IMG/VR virus record: IMGVR_UViG_3300031623_000938
Coordinates: 1 to 61,472 of that record
Source of the DNA: a virus
Taxonomy: Duplodnaviria > Caudoviricetes
Length of the DNA: 61,472 nucleotides
Reading direction: 5' to 3' (one strand)
Shown: positions 8,036 through 17,819 of the stretch, piece after piece
How the letters are laid out: every line of letters starts with the position of its first letter
Numbering within the stretch: position 1 is the stretch's first letter
Position numbers and translations under genes: made by a program
Notes under the pieces: generated by a model
The model's database searches: none
The model's input: only the letters and a program-made list of their open reading frames with translations
Told to the model about the DNA's origin: nothing

Positions 8036-8707
8036 CTAAACGTACACTTTGCCAGACCATCTCTGTCTTAGCAAAAGAGGAAACCATCCTTTGATTATAT
8101 TAGACCACTCAAGGCTTTCTTCGGTCTTATACTTATCTATGAACTCTGAACTCACTGTTTCGGGGTGGACGTACCAATCTTCAAAAGGGTTTTCGCACCT
8201 AACATCTGAGAACATTCTTAAATACCCATTCCTCTCAAAGATTTTACGAGATACATCCCTCGTACATTCGAAGTTTCCGCAGCAGTATATATCGTGCTCA
8301 AAAGTCACCACCGAGAATATGTGATTACCCATTACCTCTCTTTCTAGTTTATCAATAGTTACTAATGTGGAGCCATTTGATGGCTCTAAGTCTAAAGACA
8401 GGTAGTCAATCACTGGTGGCAAATCTGAAATCTTGAAAACGGCTCCGTAATCTACCAACTGGGCATCTGATATAATATATTTTGACTTGGGTCTTTTAGT
8501 CTTATACCCTTCTTCATATCTGGAATCCATTTCCACCATTAAACCCCTCCAGCCGTATGAGTTCTCCAAAAGGTAAGTATTGTTTCCCTCAACGGCGTGG
8601 CACGAGCCTAGCTCCACGAATGTACCCTCTCTTTTCTCCCCAGTTGCCTTTAGAGCGAAAAGGTCTTGGCCAGCTTGACTATAAAACTCAAGTTCAGATT
8701 CGCTCAT
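8036..8707 (-). CDS. FkbM/Methyltransf_21 family SAM methyltransferase
   Basis: YSQAGQD, GTFVELG, NNTYLLE..GWRGLMVE, IDYLSLDLE. Confidence 0.85.
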   Translation of the reverse strand: MSESELEFYSQAGQDLFALKATGEKREGTFVELGSCHAVEGNNTYLLENSYGWRGLMVEMDSRYEEGYKTKRPKSKYIISDAQLVDYGAVFKISDLPPVIDYLSLDLEPSNGSTLVTIDKLEREVMGNHIFSVVTFEHDIYCCGNFECTRDVSRKIFERNGYLRMFSDVRCENPFEDWYVHPETVSSEFIDKYKTEESLEWSNIIKGWFPLLLRQRWSGKVYV

Positions 8708-8759
8708 GACAATGAAGAGTATACTGTTCAGAGCAAAATATAAAAAAGTTTTTTTATCT

Positions 8760-8787
8760 TTGACAGAATTAATACCCTAAATATGCT
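8760..8787 (+). promoter_or_regulatory. sigma70-type promoter (leaderless)
   Basis: TTGACA-16-TATGCT, 6 nt before GTG start at 8794. Confidence 0.6.
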
Positions 8788-8793
8788 TTAACC

Positions 8794-9444
8794 GTGGATA
8801 ATTGTCGGGTGATTGGGATTTCTGGAGTAGCGAAATCAGGAAAGGATCAATTCTTTAGGCTCCTCAAGCAAAAACTTGAGAAAGCTGGAGTTGAGACTCA
8901 CAGGTACGCCATAGCTGATAGACTAAAGGAGGAGCTAAGGAATTTCGTCGGGTGGTATTACGAATTTGACTTAATGTCATGCTCTCCAGAGCTAAAAGAA
9001 GACATGAGACCACTCATGGTTTTCCACGGGACTCACATGAGGAAAATAACAAAAGGCAGATACTGGATAGATTTCCTGTCTAAGCAAATAGAAAGAGACG
9101 AGCCTGAAGGTGTTGTGTGCATAACGGATGTTAGATTCGATCAGCATGATGTCGATGAAGTTGATTGGCTTAAGAATGAATTGGGAGGAAAACTCATTCA
9201 TATTTCCAGATACACGGAACTGAAAGACACCGGAGCATTAAATCATATCACAAGTGGCGTGGTATCTAATGCTAGAAGCTACGTGAGGCCAGCTAACGAA
9301 TTTGAAAAAGCGAACGACCCTAAGCTAAAAGAAAAAGCGGACTATAAAATAGAGTGGCCTACCGTGTACGGATCACTCGAAGATGTAGATCAGGAACTGT
9401 CGAAACATGTAGATGACTTTTGGGAATGGTTTACGAATGACTAA
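8794..9444 (+). CDS. deoxynucleoside monophosphate kinase-like P-loop kinase
   Basis: GISGVAKSGKD Walker A, ADRLKEE, ITDVRF. Confidence 0.8.
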   Translation: MDNCRVIGISGVAKSGKDQFFRLLKQKLEKAGVETHRYAIADRLKEELRNFVGWYYEFDLMSCSPELKEDMRPLMVFHGTHMRKITKGRYWIDFLSKQIERDEPEGVVCITDVRFDQHDVDEVDWLKNELGGKLIHISRYTELKDTGALNHITSGVVSNARSYVRPANEFEKANDPKLKEKADYKIEWPTVYGSLEDVDQELSKHVDDFWEWFTND

Positions 9445-9446
9445 GT

Positions 9447-9818
9447 ATGAGTTCACAGTCCAACAAGTGGGAAATCGGATTATGCATTCCTATTGTAGCC
9501 GTAAAGCCAACATTCATGGCGTATTCAAAAGACGGCGATATTTTTGATTACTCGCTGACACTAGTTAAGAAAAGTTTCTTTTTCGGCCACTACTCTTTTG
9601 CTGAATTAGCAATTAAGAATATAGTCACAGGAGAAGAGGAGAGGGATACCCGCTCGTTTACAAGAACGGAAAATAAAGAACTTAAGAACTACATGAAGAT
9701 GCCAAGGGAAATATTCCGTGGACATGAGATAGATGTCCTCTTGTTCGACGGTAAGAAGAAAATGCCTTGGTCATCATATAAAGGTTTATTAGCATTATGG
9801 AAACAAACGAACTCCTAG
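9447..9818 (+). CDS. hypothetical protein
   Basis: 123-aa ORF in operon context. Confidence 0.6.
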   Translation: MSSQSNKWEIGLCIPIVAVKPTFMAYSKDGDIFDYSLTLVKKSFFFGHYSFAELAIKNIVTGEEERDTRSFTRTENKELKNYMKMPREIFRGHEIDVLLFDGKKKMPWSSYKGLLALWKQTNS

Positions 9819-10426
9819 GGACAATACCTGATATTTTTTTAGTCGATAAGATTAAAGAAGGTGGGTGCGAAAGAAGCATTAAGGGGATCATCAAAAGGCA
9901 TACGCCTCTTTGCATGAAGATAATCAGAAGATACACCCCTGCTATGGTCGTGACTAATTCCTTCCATCCAGAAATGTATAAAGAGATGAACGTCTTAATA
10001 TATCAATCTGCGATTTCATTCAACCCAGATAAAAAAGTAAAGTTTTCTACTTGGCTTGGAAATCAGACAAGATACTTCTGCCTAAATATACTCAACAAGT
10101 CATCGAAAAGAATAAGACTTCTTATGGTGGACTGCGAAGACGTTGACGTAATAGCCTACAACGATGTGCAGCCAAGCTCTTTAGTCGATAGCGCAGATAT
10201 TCGAGATTACATATTTAATATTCTAGACCAGATGAAAGACGAAAGAATAAAGAAGGTATTTAAGATAAGATATTTCTCCTGCAACAGGAAGCTTACTCCT
10301 TGGGAAAAGATAGCAAAAGACTTGTGCGTGAGCACTCAGACAGCTATTAACCTTCATAACAGAGGCAAAGTAATCCTAAAGAAGAAGCTTTCGAGCAGAA
10401 ACATGAATCAGATGGACAAAATTTAG
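9797..10426 (+). CDS. RNA polymerase sigma-70 family factor
   Basis: Region 2 FNPDKKVKFSTW; region 4 HTH VFKIRYF..PWEKIAKDLCVSTQTAINLHNRG. Confidence 0.85.
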   Translation: METNELLGTIPDIFLVDKIKEGGCERSIKGIIKRHTPLCMKIIRRYTPAMVVTNSFHPEMYKEMNVLIYQSAISFNPDKKVKFSTWLGNQTRYFCLNILNKSSKRIRLLMVDCEDVDVIAYNDVQPSSLVDSADIRDYIFNILDQMKDERIKKVFKIRYFSCNRKLTPWEKIAKDLCVSTQTAINLHNRGKVILKKKLSSRNMNQMDKI

Positions 10427-10454
10427 TTGACTTCTAAATTTAGACCAATACCCT
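10427..10454 (+). promoter_or_regulatory. sigma70-like promoter containing palindrome TCTAAATTTAGA
   Basis: TTGACT-16-TACCCT; 12-bp palindrome at 10433-10444 in the spacer. Confidence 0.4.
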
Positions 10455-10464
10455 AAGGGGAACT

Positions 10465-10764
10465 ATGAGTACTAACACTACCGAACAAGAGAAAAAGAAG
10501 AGCGAATGGGACAACAGAGAAGTTGGAGCCCTTTGGCTTAACACGGGTAAGACAAACAATAAATACTACTCCGGTAGCCTTACCCTCAACAAAGGCACTT
10601 CTGAAGAACAGAAAGTTAAAATTCTTGTCTTCAAGAATAAATACAAGGAAGAAGGATCGAACAAGCCAGACTTGGTAATGTACGAAGATGACAGACCCCC
10701 GAAAGATGGTAGCGCAAGTAACTCCACCGCACCACAAGCCGAGGAAGAAGAACAGCTTATCTAA
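10465..10764 (+). CDS. DUF736-like putative ssDNA-binding protein
   Basis: VGALW, YYSGSL, NKPDL motifs and acidic C-terminal tail. Confidence 0.6.
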   Translation: MSTNTTEQEKKKSEWDNREVGALWLNTGKTNNKYYSGSLTLNKGTSEEQKVKILVFKNKYKEEGSNKPDLVMYEDDRPPKDGSASNSTAPQAEEEEQLI

Positions 10765-10770
10765 ACGATA

Positions 10771-11859
10771 ATGAGTGAGATTGCTGTTCACTTACCCGTC
10801 AATGGGGTATCGTTTGGTCAAGTTTCTGTAGGGCTTCTCAGGGAGATGCACAAGAGGGAAACCTCTCCGTGCATTTTCCCTGTGAACCCAACGAGTATCG
10901 ATCTTAGTACTCAGTGCGTTGAGACTGATTTCAAGAAGTGGCTAGAGGGCAACATTAACAAGTCGCTTGGGACGCATAAAAGGTCCGATCCAATATTTAA
11001 GCTCTGGCATCTGAATGGCTCCCTCGAAAGCTACAGCGACAAGCAAGTTCTCTTCACTTTTTATGAGCTTGACCAACCGACTCAGCAAGAAATCAACATT
11101 GCCAGAAATCAACATAGGGTCATAGTAAGCTCCGAGTACTCGAAGAGTATACTCGAAAACAGTGGCCTAAATAATGTTTCTTACGTCCCTTTGTTCTTCG
11201 ATAAAGAGTCCTTTAAGAAGAAGGACAAGAACTATTTTACTGACGACAGGGTTACTTTTAATCTTACCGGAAAGTTCGAGAAAAGAAAGCACCACCAAAA
11301 AATTATTCGCGCTTGGGCTAAGAAGTTCGGCAATAATAAAAGGTTTTCTTTGCAATGCGCTACGTACAACTCTTTCCTTAAGGAAGAGGATAACCAAAAC
11401 ATTATCAACTCCATACTGGAGGGGAAAGCCTACGATAACATAAGTTTTCTTGGGTACATGTCTAAGAATGATTTGTACAACGACTTTCTTAATTCTGGTG
11501 ATGTTATCCTCGCTTGCAGCGGAGGCGAAGGATGGGGATTACCGGAGTTTCACTCGGTAGCGATGGGGAAACATGCAGTTACATTAAATGCTCATGCGTA
11601 CAAAGGCTGGGCAGATGAAAGCAATTCGATTTTTATAAATCCCACAGGTAAAACCGAAGTCTACGATGGGATGTTTTTCCTAAAGGGACAACCATACAAT
11701 CAAGGGTCTATCTTCGACTTCGATGATGAGGAATTTATTACTGCTTGTGAGCAAGTGATTGAAAGAGTAGGGGAGAGCAGGGTTAACAAAGCTGGACTCC
11801 TACTCCAAGAAAAATTCACTGTCGAAAAGACTCTTGATGGAATACTGGAGCAGTTTTGA
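10771..11859 (+). CDS. glycosyltransferase (GT-B, GT4-like)
   Basis: GKFEKRKH, SGGEGWGLPEFHSVAMG. Confidence 0.85.
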   Translation: MSEIAVHLPVNGVSFGQVSVGLLREMHKRETSPCIFPVNPTSIDLSTQCVETDFKKWLEGNINKSLGTHKRSDPIFKLWHLNGSLESYSDKQVLFTFYELDQPTQQEINIARNQHRVIVSSEYSKSILENSGLNNVSYVPLFFDKESFKKKDKNYFTDDRVTFNLTGKFEKRKHHQKIIRAWAKKFGNNKRFSLQCATYNSFLKEEDNQNIINSILEGKAYDNISFLGYMSKNDLYNDFLNSGDVILACSGGEGWGLPEFHSVAMGKHAVTLNAHAYKGWADESNSIFINPTGKTEVYDGMFFLKGQPYNQGSIFDFDDEEFITACEQVIERVGESRVNKAGLLLQEKFTVEKTLDGILEQF

Positions 11860-12878
11860 AGACGGTAGTATTTTGGCCTTACGTATACGAAGATCATCTT
11901 CAAGACGCAAGTTGGTCTTGGGCGACGAGGTTTAATTGGCTATCCCAAGCGTTCCAAAGCGAGGGGTATGAAGTTCTTCAGCATCCAAAATTCCTTTGCG
12001 ATCTAAAGGGTTCTAAACCATATGACGGGGAATCTGATTGTGATATCGTAGTCTACAATCACTGTGATATTACCCAAGTGAAAGGGGATGTCATTAACGC
12101 TGGTAAAACCTTTATTTTTAAGCCTACGGTTCCAGACGGAAAACAAACCACGTTAGATGAATTAGGCTACGGCTCCTACTCCTCAATAACTTACGACAAA
12201 CCGGACTTCGAAAGTATCAGCGACGAAGAGTCTGGGAACTTCTTTGATACCCGTGTCAAAGAATGGAAGGATAAGAATACATCCAAATGGGGCGAAAACC
12301 ATTTCGAGCCACGAAACAACTTAATAAAAGAAAATGACTACTATTTGGTAGTGGGTCAATGCGGTGGAGATTCTGTTGTAAATCACCAAGACTTTGGTTC
12401 GTACTTTGATAAGCTTAAGTCAGTAGTCAATTACCTTTTAGCCTTAAAAGACAGGCATGTTGTTGTAAAGCTTCACCCGTATATGAACGGGCACAGCTAT
12501 GTAAAGGGAAGAGATAAGGATTACATAGCGGAATTCAAACATCAGTATGAGTCAATCTCTGGAAACGGAGATGTAACTATCATAGGAGACTTTACTTCTA
12601 TTCATTCGCTACTCCCTGATTCTTACTGCGTCGTCGTTGGTAATTCTGGCGCGGGTTTTGAGGCGATGATGCATCACAAGCCGATCATCAGCTTCTGTTT
12701 TCCAGAGTACCACTGGGTTACATACGATCTAAGAAAGTTATGCGACATACATAGGGCGGTAAAGGTAGATGAATGGTTTGACGAAAAATTAAGCGATAAA
12801 TTCCTTTGCTGGTACATGGACAAATACTGTTTTTATGATGATCAGTCCGCAAAAAGGAGAATTAAGGAACTAATTTAA
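11856..12878 (+). CDS. capsule-synthesis (KpsS/KpsC-like) GT-B protein
   Basis: VVGQ..GD, VVKLHP, NSGAGFEAMMHHKPII. Confidence 0.7.
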   Translation: MKTVVFWPYVYEDHLQDASWSWATRFNWLSQAFQSEGYEVLQHPKFLCDLKGSKPYDGESDCDIVVYNHCDITQVKGDVINAGKTFIFKPTVPDGKQTTLDELGYGSYSSITYDKPDFESISDEESGNFFDTRVKEWKDKNTSKWGENHFEPRNNLIKENDYYLVVGQCGGDSVVNHQDFGSYFDKLKSVVNYLLALKDRHVVVKLHPYMNGHSYVKGRDKDYIAEFKHQYESISGNGDVTIIGDFTSIHSLLPDSYCVVVGNSGAGFEAMMHHKPIISFCFPEYHWVTYDLRKLCDIHRAVKVDEWFDEKLSDKFLCWYMDKYCFYDDQSAKRRIKELI

Positions 12879-12879
12879 A

Positions 12880-13272
12880 ATGCCTATCTATCAATTCAGC
12901 AACCCAGAAACAGATGAGGTCATCGACATCGTACAGAAGATGAAAGACGAGCATGTCTATATCGACGATAAGGGTCTAGAATGGGAAAGGGTCTGGATGA
13001 TACCTAACGCCTCTATAGATACTCAAGTTGACCCATTTGACTCTAAGAAGTATTTAGATGCGACCCGAAAGAAACAGAACATGGGCGATATGTTTGACCA
13101 AGCACGAGAACTTAGTGAGAAGAGAGCACAGCAAGCGGGTGGCGAAGACCCAATAAAGAAAAAATATCTCAAGGAGTACAGCGAGAAGAGGGGCGGTAAG
13201 ACGCACCCTGATCAAAATAAAGATAAGACCGTGGAACTAGACTTAAGCAAGATAGTCAAGAAAATTTCTTAG
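12880..13272 (+). CDS. FmdB-like hypothetical protein
   Basis: MPIYQF N-terminus typical of FmdB family (cysteines absent). Confidence 0.6.
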   Translation: MPIYQFSNPETDEVIDIVQKMKDEHVYIDDKGLEWERVWMIPNASIDTQVDPFDSKKYLDATRKKQNMGDMFDQARELSEKRAQQAGGEDPIKKKYLKEYSEKRGGKTHPDQNKDKTVELDLSKIVKKIS

Positions 13273-13399
13273 ACGAAAGTTTAATGTTCTAAAGTACACA
13301 TGTTAAAAGTCTTTTATCTTTATAAGTTGATTCGAGCACATTTTTAGCTAACCTAGGGCTCCTTGGATGTAATCTAAATTTAGACAGGACTCTACGATA

Positions 13400-15862
13400 A
13401 TGAAGATGAAGGTAATCAACGTTAAGAAACGCAACGGTAGGCTAGAAAAACTAGACATCAACAAAATCAATTTATGTGCCAAGAGAGCTTGTGAAGATTT
13501 GGAAAACGTTTCAGCTAGTGAAGTGGTGATAGACGCCCACATCCAGCTTTACGATAAGATTACCACGAAAGAAATAGACAAGGCACTTATTATGAGTGCT
13601 AGGGCCAAGATAGAAAAGGAGCCTAACTATTCTGCGGTGGCTTCAAAGCTTCTTCTAGGAAACACCTATAAGGAAGTTTTCATAAGCAGCGTAGATAAAG
13701 ATTCGTTCGACCATCAGTACAGACTTTCTTTCATTAAGAGCATAAAGACTTTAATCAAAGAAGAAATCCTATCAGAAAGCTTACTTGAGTTTGATCTCAA
13801 GAGACTCTCTCAGGAATTAGTTCTAGAAAGGGACTATAAATTTAAATACTTAGGACTCCAGATTGTATGCGATAGATACCTCCATCATATAAACGGCGTG
13901 ACAATGGAAACCCCACAATCTTTTTGGATGAGAGTGGCTATGGGACTCGCGCTTGACGAGAAAGATAAGAATGAAAAAGCAATCGAGTTTTACAACGCAA
14001 TTTCTGAATTTCGTTTATGTTGCTCAACTCCTACTCTGTTTAATAGTGGCAGTACCCATAGTCAGTTGTCTAGCTGTTACCTTAATACTTTCGATGATTC
14101 CATTGATGGTATATTTGAAGGTCTCTGGCAAGAAGCCAGAAAAAGTAAGTTCGCTGGTGGTCTTGGTTTCGATGTTACCCCTTTTCGTGCTAGTAATTCT
14201 TATGTTAAAGGTACTAACGGAAAAAGTTCTGGGCTTATTCCTTGGCTAAAGCTTTACAACGATACTTTAATTGCCGTTGACCAAGGCGGGAAAAGACCGG
14301 GAGCAGGGTGTGCCTACCTTGAACCTTGGCACTTAGATATAGAGGACTTTCTAGATTTAAGGAAAAATACTGGTGACGAACGTCGGCGTTGCCATGAGAT
14401 GAATACCGCTAACTGGCTTCCTGATCTTTTCATGAGGAAGGTGGGGGCAGATGAGGATTGGTATCTTTTTTCCCCTAACGAAACTAGGGATTTACACGAG
14501 CTTTTTGCTCACGAATTCGATAAAAGGTACGAAGAGTATTGTAGATTGGCTGACGATGGGGAATTAAAGAACTTTAAGGTCATGAAAGCCAAAGACCTCT
14601 GGAAGAAGATGCTTCGTTCTCTTTTCGAAACAGGACACCCTTGGATGACCTTCAAAGATAACTCGAATCTGAGATACTCGAATAGTCACGAAGGAGTAGT
14701 TCATAGCTCAAATCTCTGCACAGAAATCTTTCTTCATACAAAACCATCTACGTTCAACCCAGACGGAACGAAGAGTGAAATAGGGGAAACCGCCGTATGC
14801 AACCTTAGCTCTGTTAACCTCAAGGAGCACCTTAACAAAAAGGGCGAATTAGATTTTAAAATGCTCGCTAAGACGATAGCCCTCCAAATGAGGATGCTGG
14901 ATAACGTCATAGACCTTAACTTCTATCCCACAACAGAGGCAAGGAAGGCTAACCTTAGTCACAGGCCAGTAGGTGCTGGTACGATGGGCTGGGCAGACGT
15001 TTTCAACTCCTATGAAATTAGCTACTCTTCTGATGACGCGGTTAAAATGTCGGACGAGTTATATGAATTTATCTCGTACCATTGCATACTCACATCTTCA
15101 GCGTTAGCTAAAGAAAAGGGAGCTTACAGCACTTACGAAGGCTCAAAGTGGAGCGAAGGTATTCTACCTATTGACACATACAAGAACCTAATGGAGTATC
15201 TTGGTCAGAAGCCGATAGTCCACAGAGGTAAGAAATATGCTCCAGAGGTTGATTGGAAAATTGTCAGGAATCATATTCGCGATCATGGGATACGCAATTC
15301 TAATACTATGGCAATTGCTCCTACTGCAACTATATCTTATATCCAAGGCTGCTCTCCTTCTGTCGAACCCGATTTCTCGGTTCTTTTCGTCTACGAAAAC
15401 AAATCGGGAAACCTAATGATCACCAACGAGTGGTTCGTTGAAGAATGCAAGAAGCTGGATATTTGGTCTCCATCCTTCATCGACTTATTAAAGTCAGTAG
15501 ATGGCGATGTACGCCAGTTGAATGGGGAGCTTCCAGATCACTTAAAAGATAGGTTTTGCACTGCTTTTGACCACAACCAGTTCAAATTAGTTGACTCCGC
15601 TGCTGCTAGACAGAAGTGGATAGATATGGGCCAAAGCCTGAATCTCTTCAATAAAAACACTTCTTTAAAGTACTTGAATGATCTTTACTTTCATGCTAGA
15701 AACTCTGGACTTAAGTCTACTTACTACTTGAGGAACAAAGCTGCCAGTAAGATAGAGAAAACAACAAACGAGCAACAGAGCCCAGCAAAAGAGACAGAAG
15801 AAGAATTGTCTTGTAGCTTAGAAGCGATGGCTAAAGGTGAAACTTGTGAAAGTTGCCAATAG
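13400..15862 (+). CDS. nrdA: class I ribonucleotide reductase alpha subunit with ATP cone
   Basis: VKKRNG ATP cone, LSSCY, SSNLCTEI, AVCNL, STYYLR, C-terminal CESCQ. Confidence 0.97.
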   Translation: MKMKVINVKKRNGRLEKLDINKINLCAKRACEDLENVSASEVVIDAHIQLYDKITTKEIDKALIMSARAKIEKEPNYSAVASKLLLGNTYKEVFISSVDKDSFDHQYRLSFIKSIKTLIKEEILSESLLEFDLKRLSQELVLERDYKFKYLGLQIVCDRYLHHINGVTMETPQSFWMRVAMGLALDEKDKNEKAIEFYNAISEFRLCCSTPTLFNSGSTHSQLSSCYLNTFDDSIDGIFEGLWQEARKSKFAGGLGFDVTPFRASNSYVKGTNGKSSGLIPWLKLYNDTLIAVDQGGKRPGAGCAYLEPWHLDIEDFLDLRKNTGDERRRCHEMNTANWLPDLFMRKVGADEDWYLFSPNETRDLHELFAHEFDKRYEEYCRLADDGELKNFKVMKAKDLWKKMLRSLFETGHPWMTFKDNSNLRYSNSHEGVVHSSNLCTEIFLHTKPSTFNPDGTKSEIGETAVCNLSSVNLKEHLNKKGELDFKMLAKTIALQMRMLDNVIDLNFYPTTEARKANLSHRPVGAGTMGWADVFNSYEISYSSDDAVKMSDELYEFISYHCILTSSALAKEKGAYSTYEGSKWSEGILPIDTYKNLMEYLGQKPIVHRGKKYAPEVDWKIVRNHIRDHGIRNSNTMAIAPTATISYIQGCSPSVEPDFSVLFVYENKSGNLMITNEWFVEECKKLDIWSPSFIDLLKSVDGDVRQLNGELPDHLKDRFCTAFDHNQFKLVDSAAARQKWIDMGQSLNLFNKNTSLKYLNDLYFHARNSGLKSTYYLRNKAASKIEKTTNEQQSPAKETEEELSCSLEAMAKGETCESCQ

Positions 15863-15874
15863 AAAGGATAGAGG

Positions 15875-16324
15875 ATGACCCAAAAAAAATTGAGGCAAGA
15901 AGTAGTAGCTGTCCTTGTTAAGTATTTAAACGAGGAGAAAGGTAAGCCAGAGAACTTTCAAAGATTTGGGAGTAAGGACGACGAATGGATACCAAGTGAC
16001 ATTACGGACGAAGTGGAGTTTAAGCAACTGGGTTTAGATTCACTCGATATGGTTGAGCTTCTAATGGTATTTGAAGATGGCCTTATGGATGGGGATTTGT
16101 ATCTAGACGAAAAAATATTTAGGACAATCCCAACTTTTGGGAACGCATTAAAGGAGATTGGAAAATATGTCAAACGAGTTGAATCAGAGAAGAAAGAGAA
16201 AGCCACGAGGGCGAAAAAGTCACCCAAGAAAAAAAGCAACAAAGGTGAAAAGCAAGCTGGAAAGAAAGTACGACCCCGAAAGAAAACGGGAACTTCTGGA
16301 ACGGTTGGAGGGCCTAGTAACTGA
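15875..16324 (+). CDS. acyl carrier protein-like with Lys-rich C-terminal tail
   Basis: LGLDSLDMVELLMVFED phosphopantetheine attachment motif. Confidence 0.8.
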   Translation: MTQKKLRQEVVAVLVKYLNEEKGKPENFQRFGSKDDEWIPSDITDEVEFKQLGLDSLDMVELLMVFEDGLMDGDLYLDEKIFRTIPTFGNALKEIGKYVKRVESEKKEKATRAKKSPKKKSNKGEKQAGKKVRPRKKTGTSGTVGGPSN

Positions 16325-16520
16325 AGACCAAATTTTTGCTAGGATATACGCCTTCGAGGGCATCTATAGTCACATCTGTGAACAAATAGAATTATCTAAG
16401 GAAGGGCAAGACAGGTACAGGAGAAGAGAGATGATTCGTCTTCAGATAGCAAAAGAAAAAATAGAATTCCTTCTTGAGGAAGGCAAAGACGCTGCTAAGG
16501 AAATGGGTCTTGATGGATGA
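16245..16520 (+). CDS. hypothetical protein (overlaps ACP tail)
   Basis: ORF coupled by ATGA to nrdB; start uncertain (16158, 16167 or GTG 16245). Confidence 0.6.
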   Translation: MKSKLERKYDPERKRELLERLEGLVTEDQIFARIYAFEGIYSHICEQIELSKEGQDRYRRREMIRLQIAKEKIEFLLEEGKDAAKEMGLDG

Positions 16521-17530
16521 AGAAAAGCGGAATTATATTAGGCGATAAGGTCGCCGTCGTAGGGCAGATACTACCTCATAAGCATCCAGAGGTATGGAAA
16601 ATGTACCTTGATGGAGTGGGCAATAATTGGACCCCGACAGAAGTTGATATGTCCAAAGATATTGACCAATGGAAAGATGGGCAAACGCTCTCCAAGGATG
16701 AACAGCTTTTAGTGCGAAGATGCCTAGGCTTTTTCGCTGGCACGGAATCACTTGTGGGAACGAATCTGCTGACTACCGTAGCCAAGTGGGTAACCGACGC
16801 TGAGTGTCGTCAATACCTACTACGTCAAGCGTATGAGGAGTCTTTACACAACTGGACTGTCGTTACTTGCTGCGATAGCTTCAATCTGAAGGTAGATGAA
16901 GTCTACGAGGCTCACCTTAATATTCCCTCTATCAAGGCTAAGGATGATTTCCTTATGGAGATAACGACTGATATCCATCGTGAAGATTTTTCGACTAAAA
17001 CAGTAGAAGGTAAGAGAGAATTCCTCAGGAATCTCATATCTTATTACTTAATAGCAGAGGGTACTTTCTTTTTTAGTGGCTTCGCTATGATTCTGGCTCT
17101 TGGTAGACAGAATAAGCTCCAAGGGTTGTCGGAGCAGATAAGGTTTACGTTAAGGGACGAATCAATCCACATCAAATTCGGAACGTACTTGATCAATGCC
17201 ATATGTGATGAAACCCCATCGATATGGACTAAAAAGTTCGAGGAAGAGACCACCGAGCATATCAAGAAAGCGGTGCAACTAGAAATAGATTACGCCCATG
17301 ATGTATTACCGCGAGGTATACTTGGGCTAAACGCGGAGATGTTCGTTGACTACATGCAGTACATAGGGAACAGGAGATTAGAAGGAATAGGGATAGAATA
17401 CAGATTTGAAAGTGATAGCAACCCATTCCCTTGGCTCTCTGAGATCGTAGAAACCGGAGCTATGACAAATTTCTTTGAAAGAAAAGTAAAAGACTACCAA
17501 CATAGTGGTAATCTAGTAGACGATTTTTAG
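16517..17530 (+). CDS. nrdB: ribonucleotide reductase beta subunit, class Ic (R2c)-like
   Basis: FFAGTESLVG, RQAYEESLHNWTV, EGTFFFSGF, RDESIH, NFFERKV..YQ. Confidence 0.95.
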   Translation: MKKSGIILGDKVAVVGQILPHKHPEVWKMYLDGVGNNWTPTEVDMSKDIDQWKDGQTLSKDEQLLVRRCLGFFAGTESLVGTNLLTTVAKWVTDAECRQYLLRQAYEESLHNWTVVTCCDSFNLKVDEVYEAHLNIPSIKAKDDFLMEITTDIHREDFSTKTVEGKREFLRNLISYYLIAEGTFFFSGFAMILALGRQNKLQGLSEQIRFTLRDESIHIKFGTYLINAICDETPSIWTKKFEEETTEHIKKAVQLEIDYAHDVLPRGILGLNAEMFVDYMQYIGNRRLEGIGIEYRFESDSNPFPWLSEIVETGAMTNFFERKVKDYQHSGNLVDDF

Positions 17531-17535
17531 TAACC

Positions 17536-17754
17536 ATGAAAACAACAGTAGTACTAACCGTAGGGTTGCTCTTTATTGCAGCAACAGGATGTTCGACAAC
17601 CGCTAAATTCCCTAGCTTAACTCTAGGTGGTGCAGCGAACAAGGATGCAGTTCTCGATATGAGCCTTTCTAAAAAGGGCTTTGGGATCACTGCTCCTCTT
17701 GTGAATGTCGATGTTCCATTTCCGAGTGCCAAAGCAGAAGAACCTATTAAATAG
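17536..17754 (+). CDS. small lipoprotein
   Basis: Signal peptide MKTTVVLTVGLLFIAATG-C with lipobox Cys. Confidence 0.75.
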   Translation: MKTTVVLTVGLLFIAATGCSTTAKFPSLTLGGAANKDAVLDMSLSKKGFGITAPLVNVDVPFPSAKAEEPIK

Positions 17755-17775
17755 TTTTTCTTTACACTCAGGACA

Positions 17776-17805
17776 CCCCCCGACCTAATAGTTGGGGGTT
17801 TTTTT
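17776..17805 (+). terminator. rho-independent terminator
   Basis: CCCCCGAC-CTAATA-GTTGGGGG followed by T7. Confidence 0.8.
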
Positions 17806-17811
17806 GTGTAA
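17806..17811 (+). promoter_or_regulatory. GTGTAA putative phage promoter element
   Basis: 8 nt before GTG 17820; motif recurs before several starts. Confidence 0.5.
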
Positions 17812-17819
17812 ACCATAAC

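Noticed and set aside
13273-13399. NrdR boxes upstream of nrdA
   Set aside because: Only a weak partial match (CACATTTTTAG); no tandem pair
17460-17816. 118-aa minus-strand ORF
   Set aside because: Antisense to the nrdB end and the lipoprotein gene, and runs through a terminator
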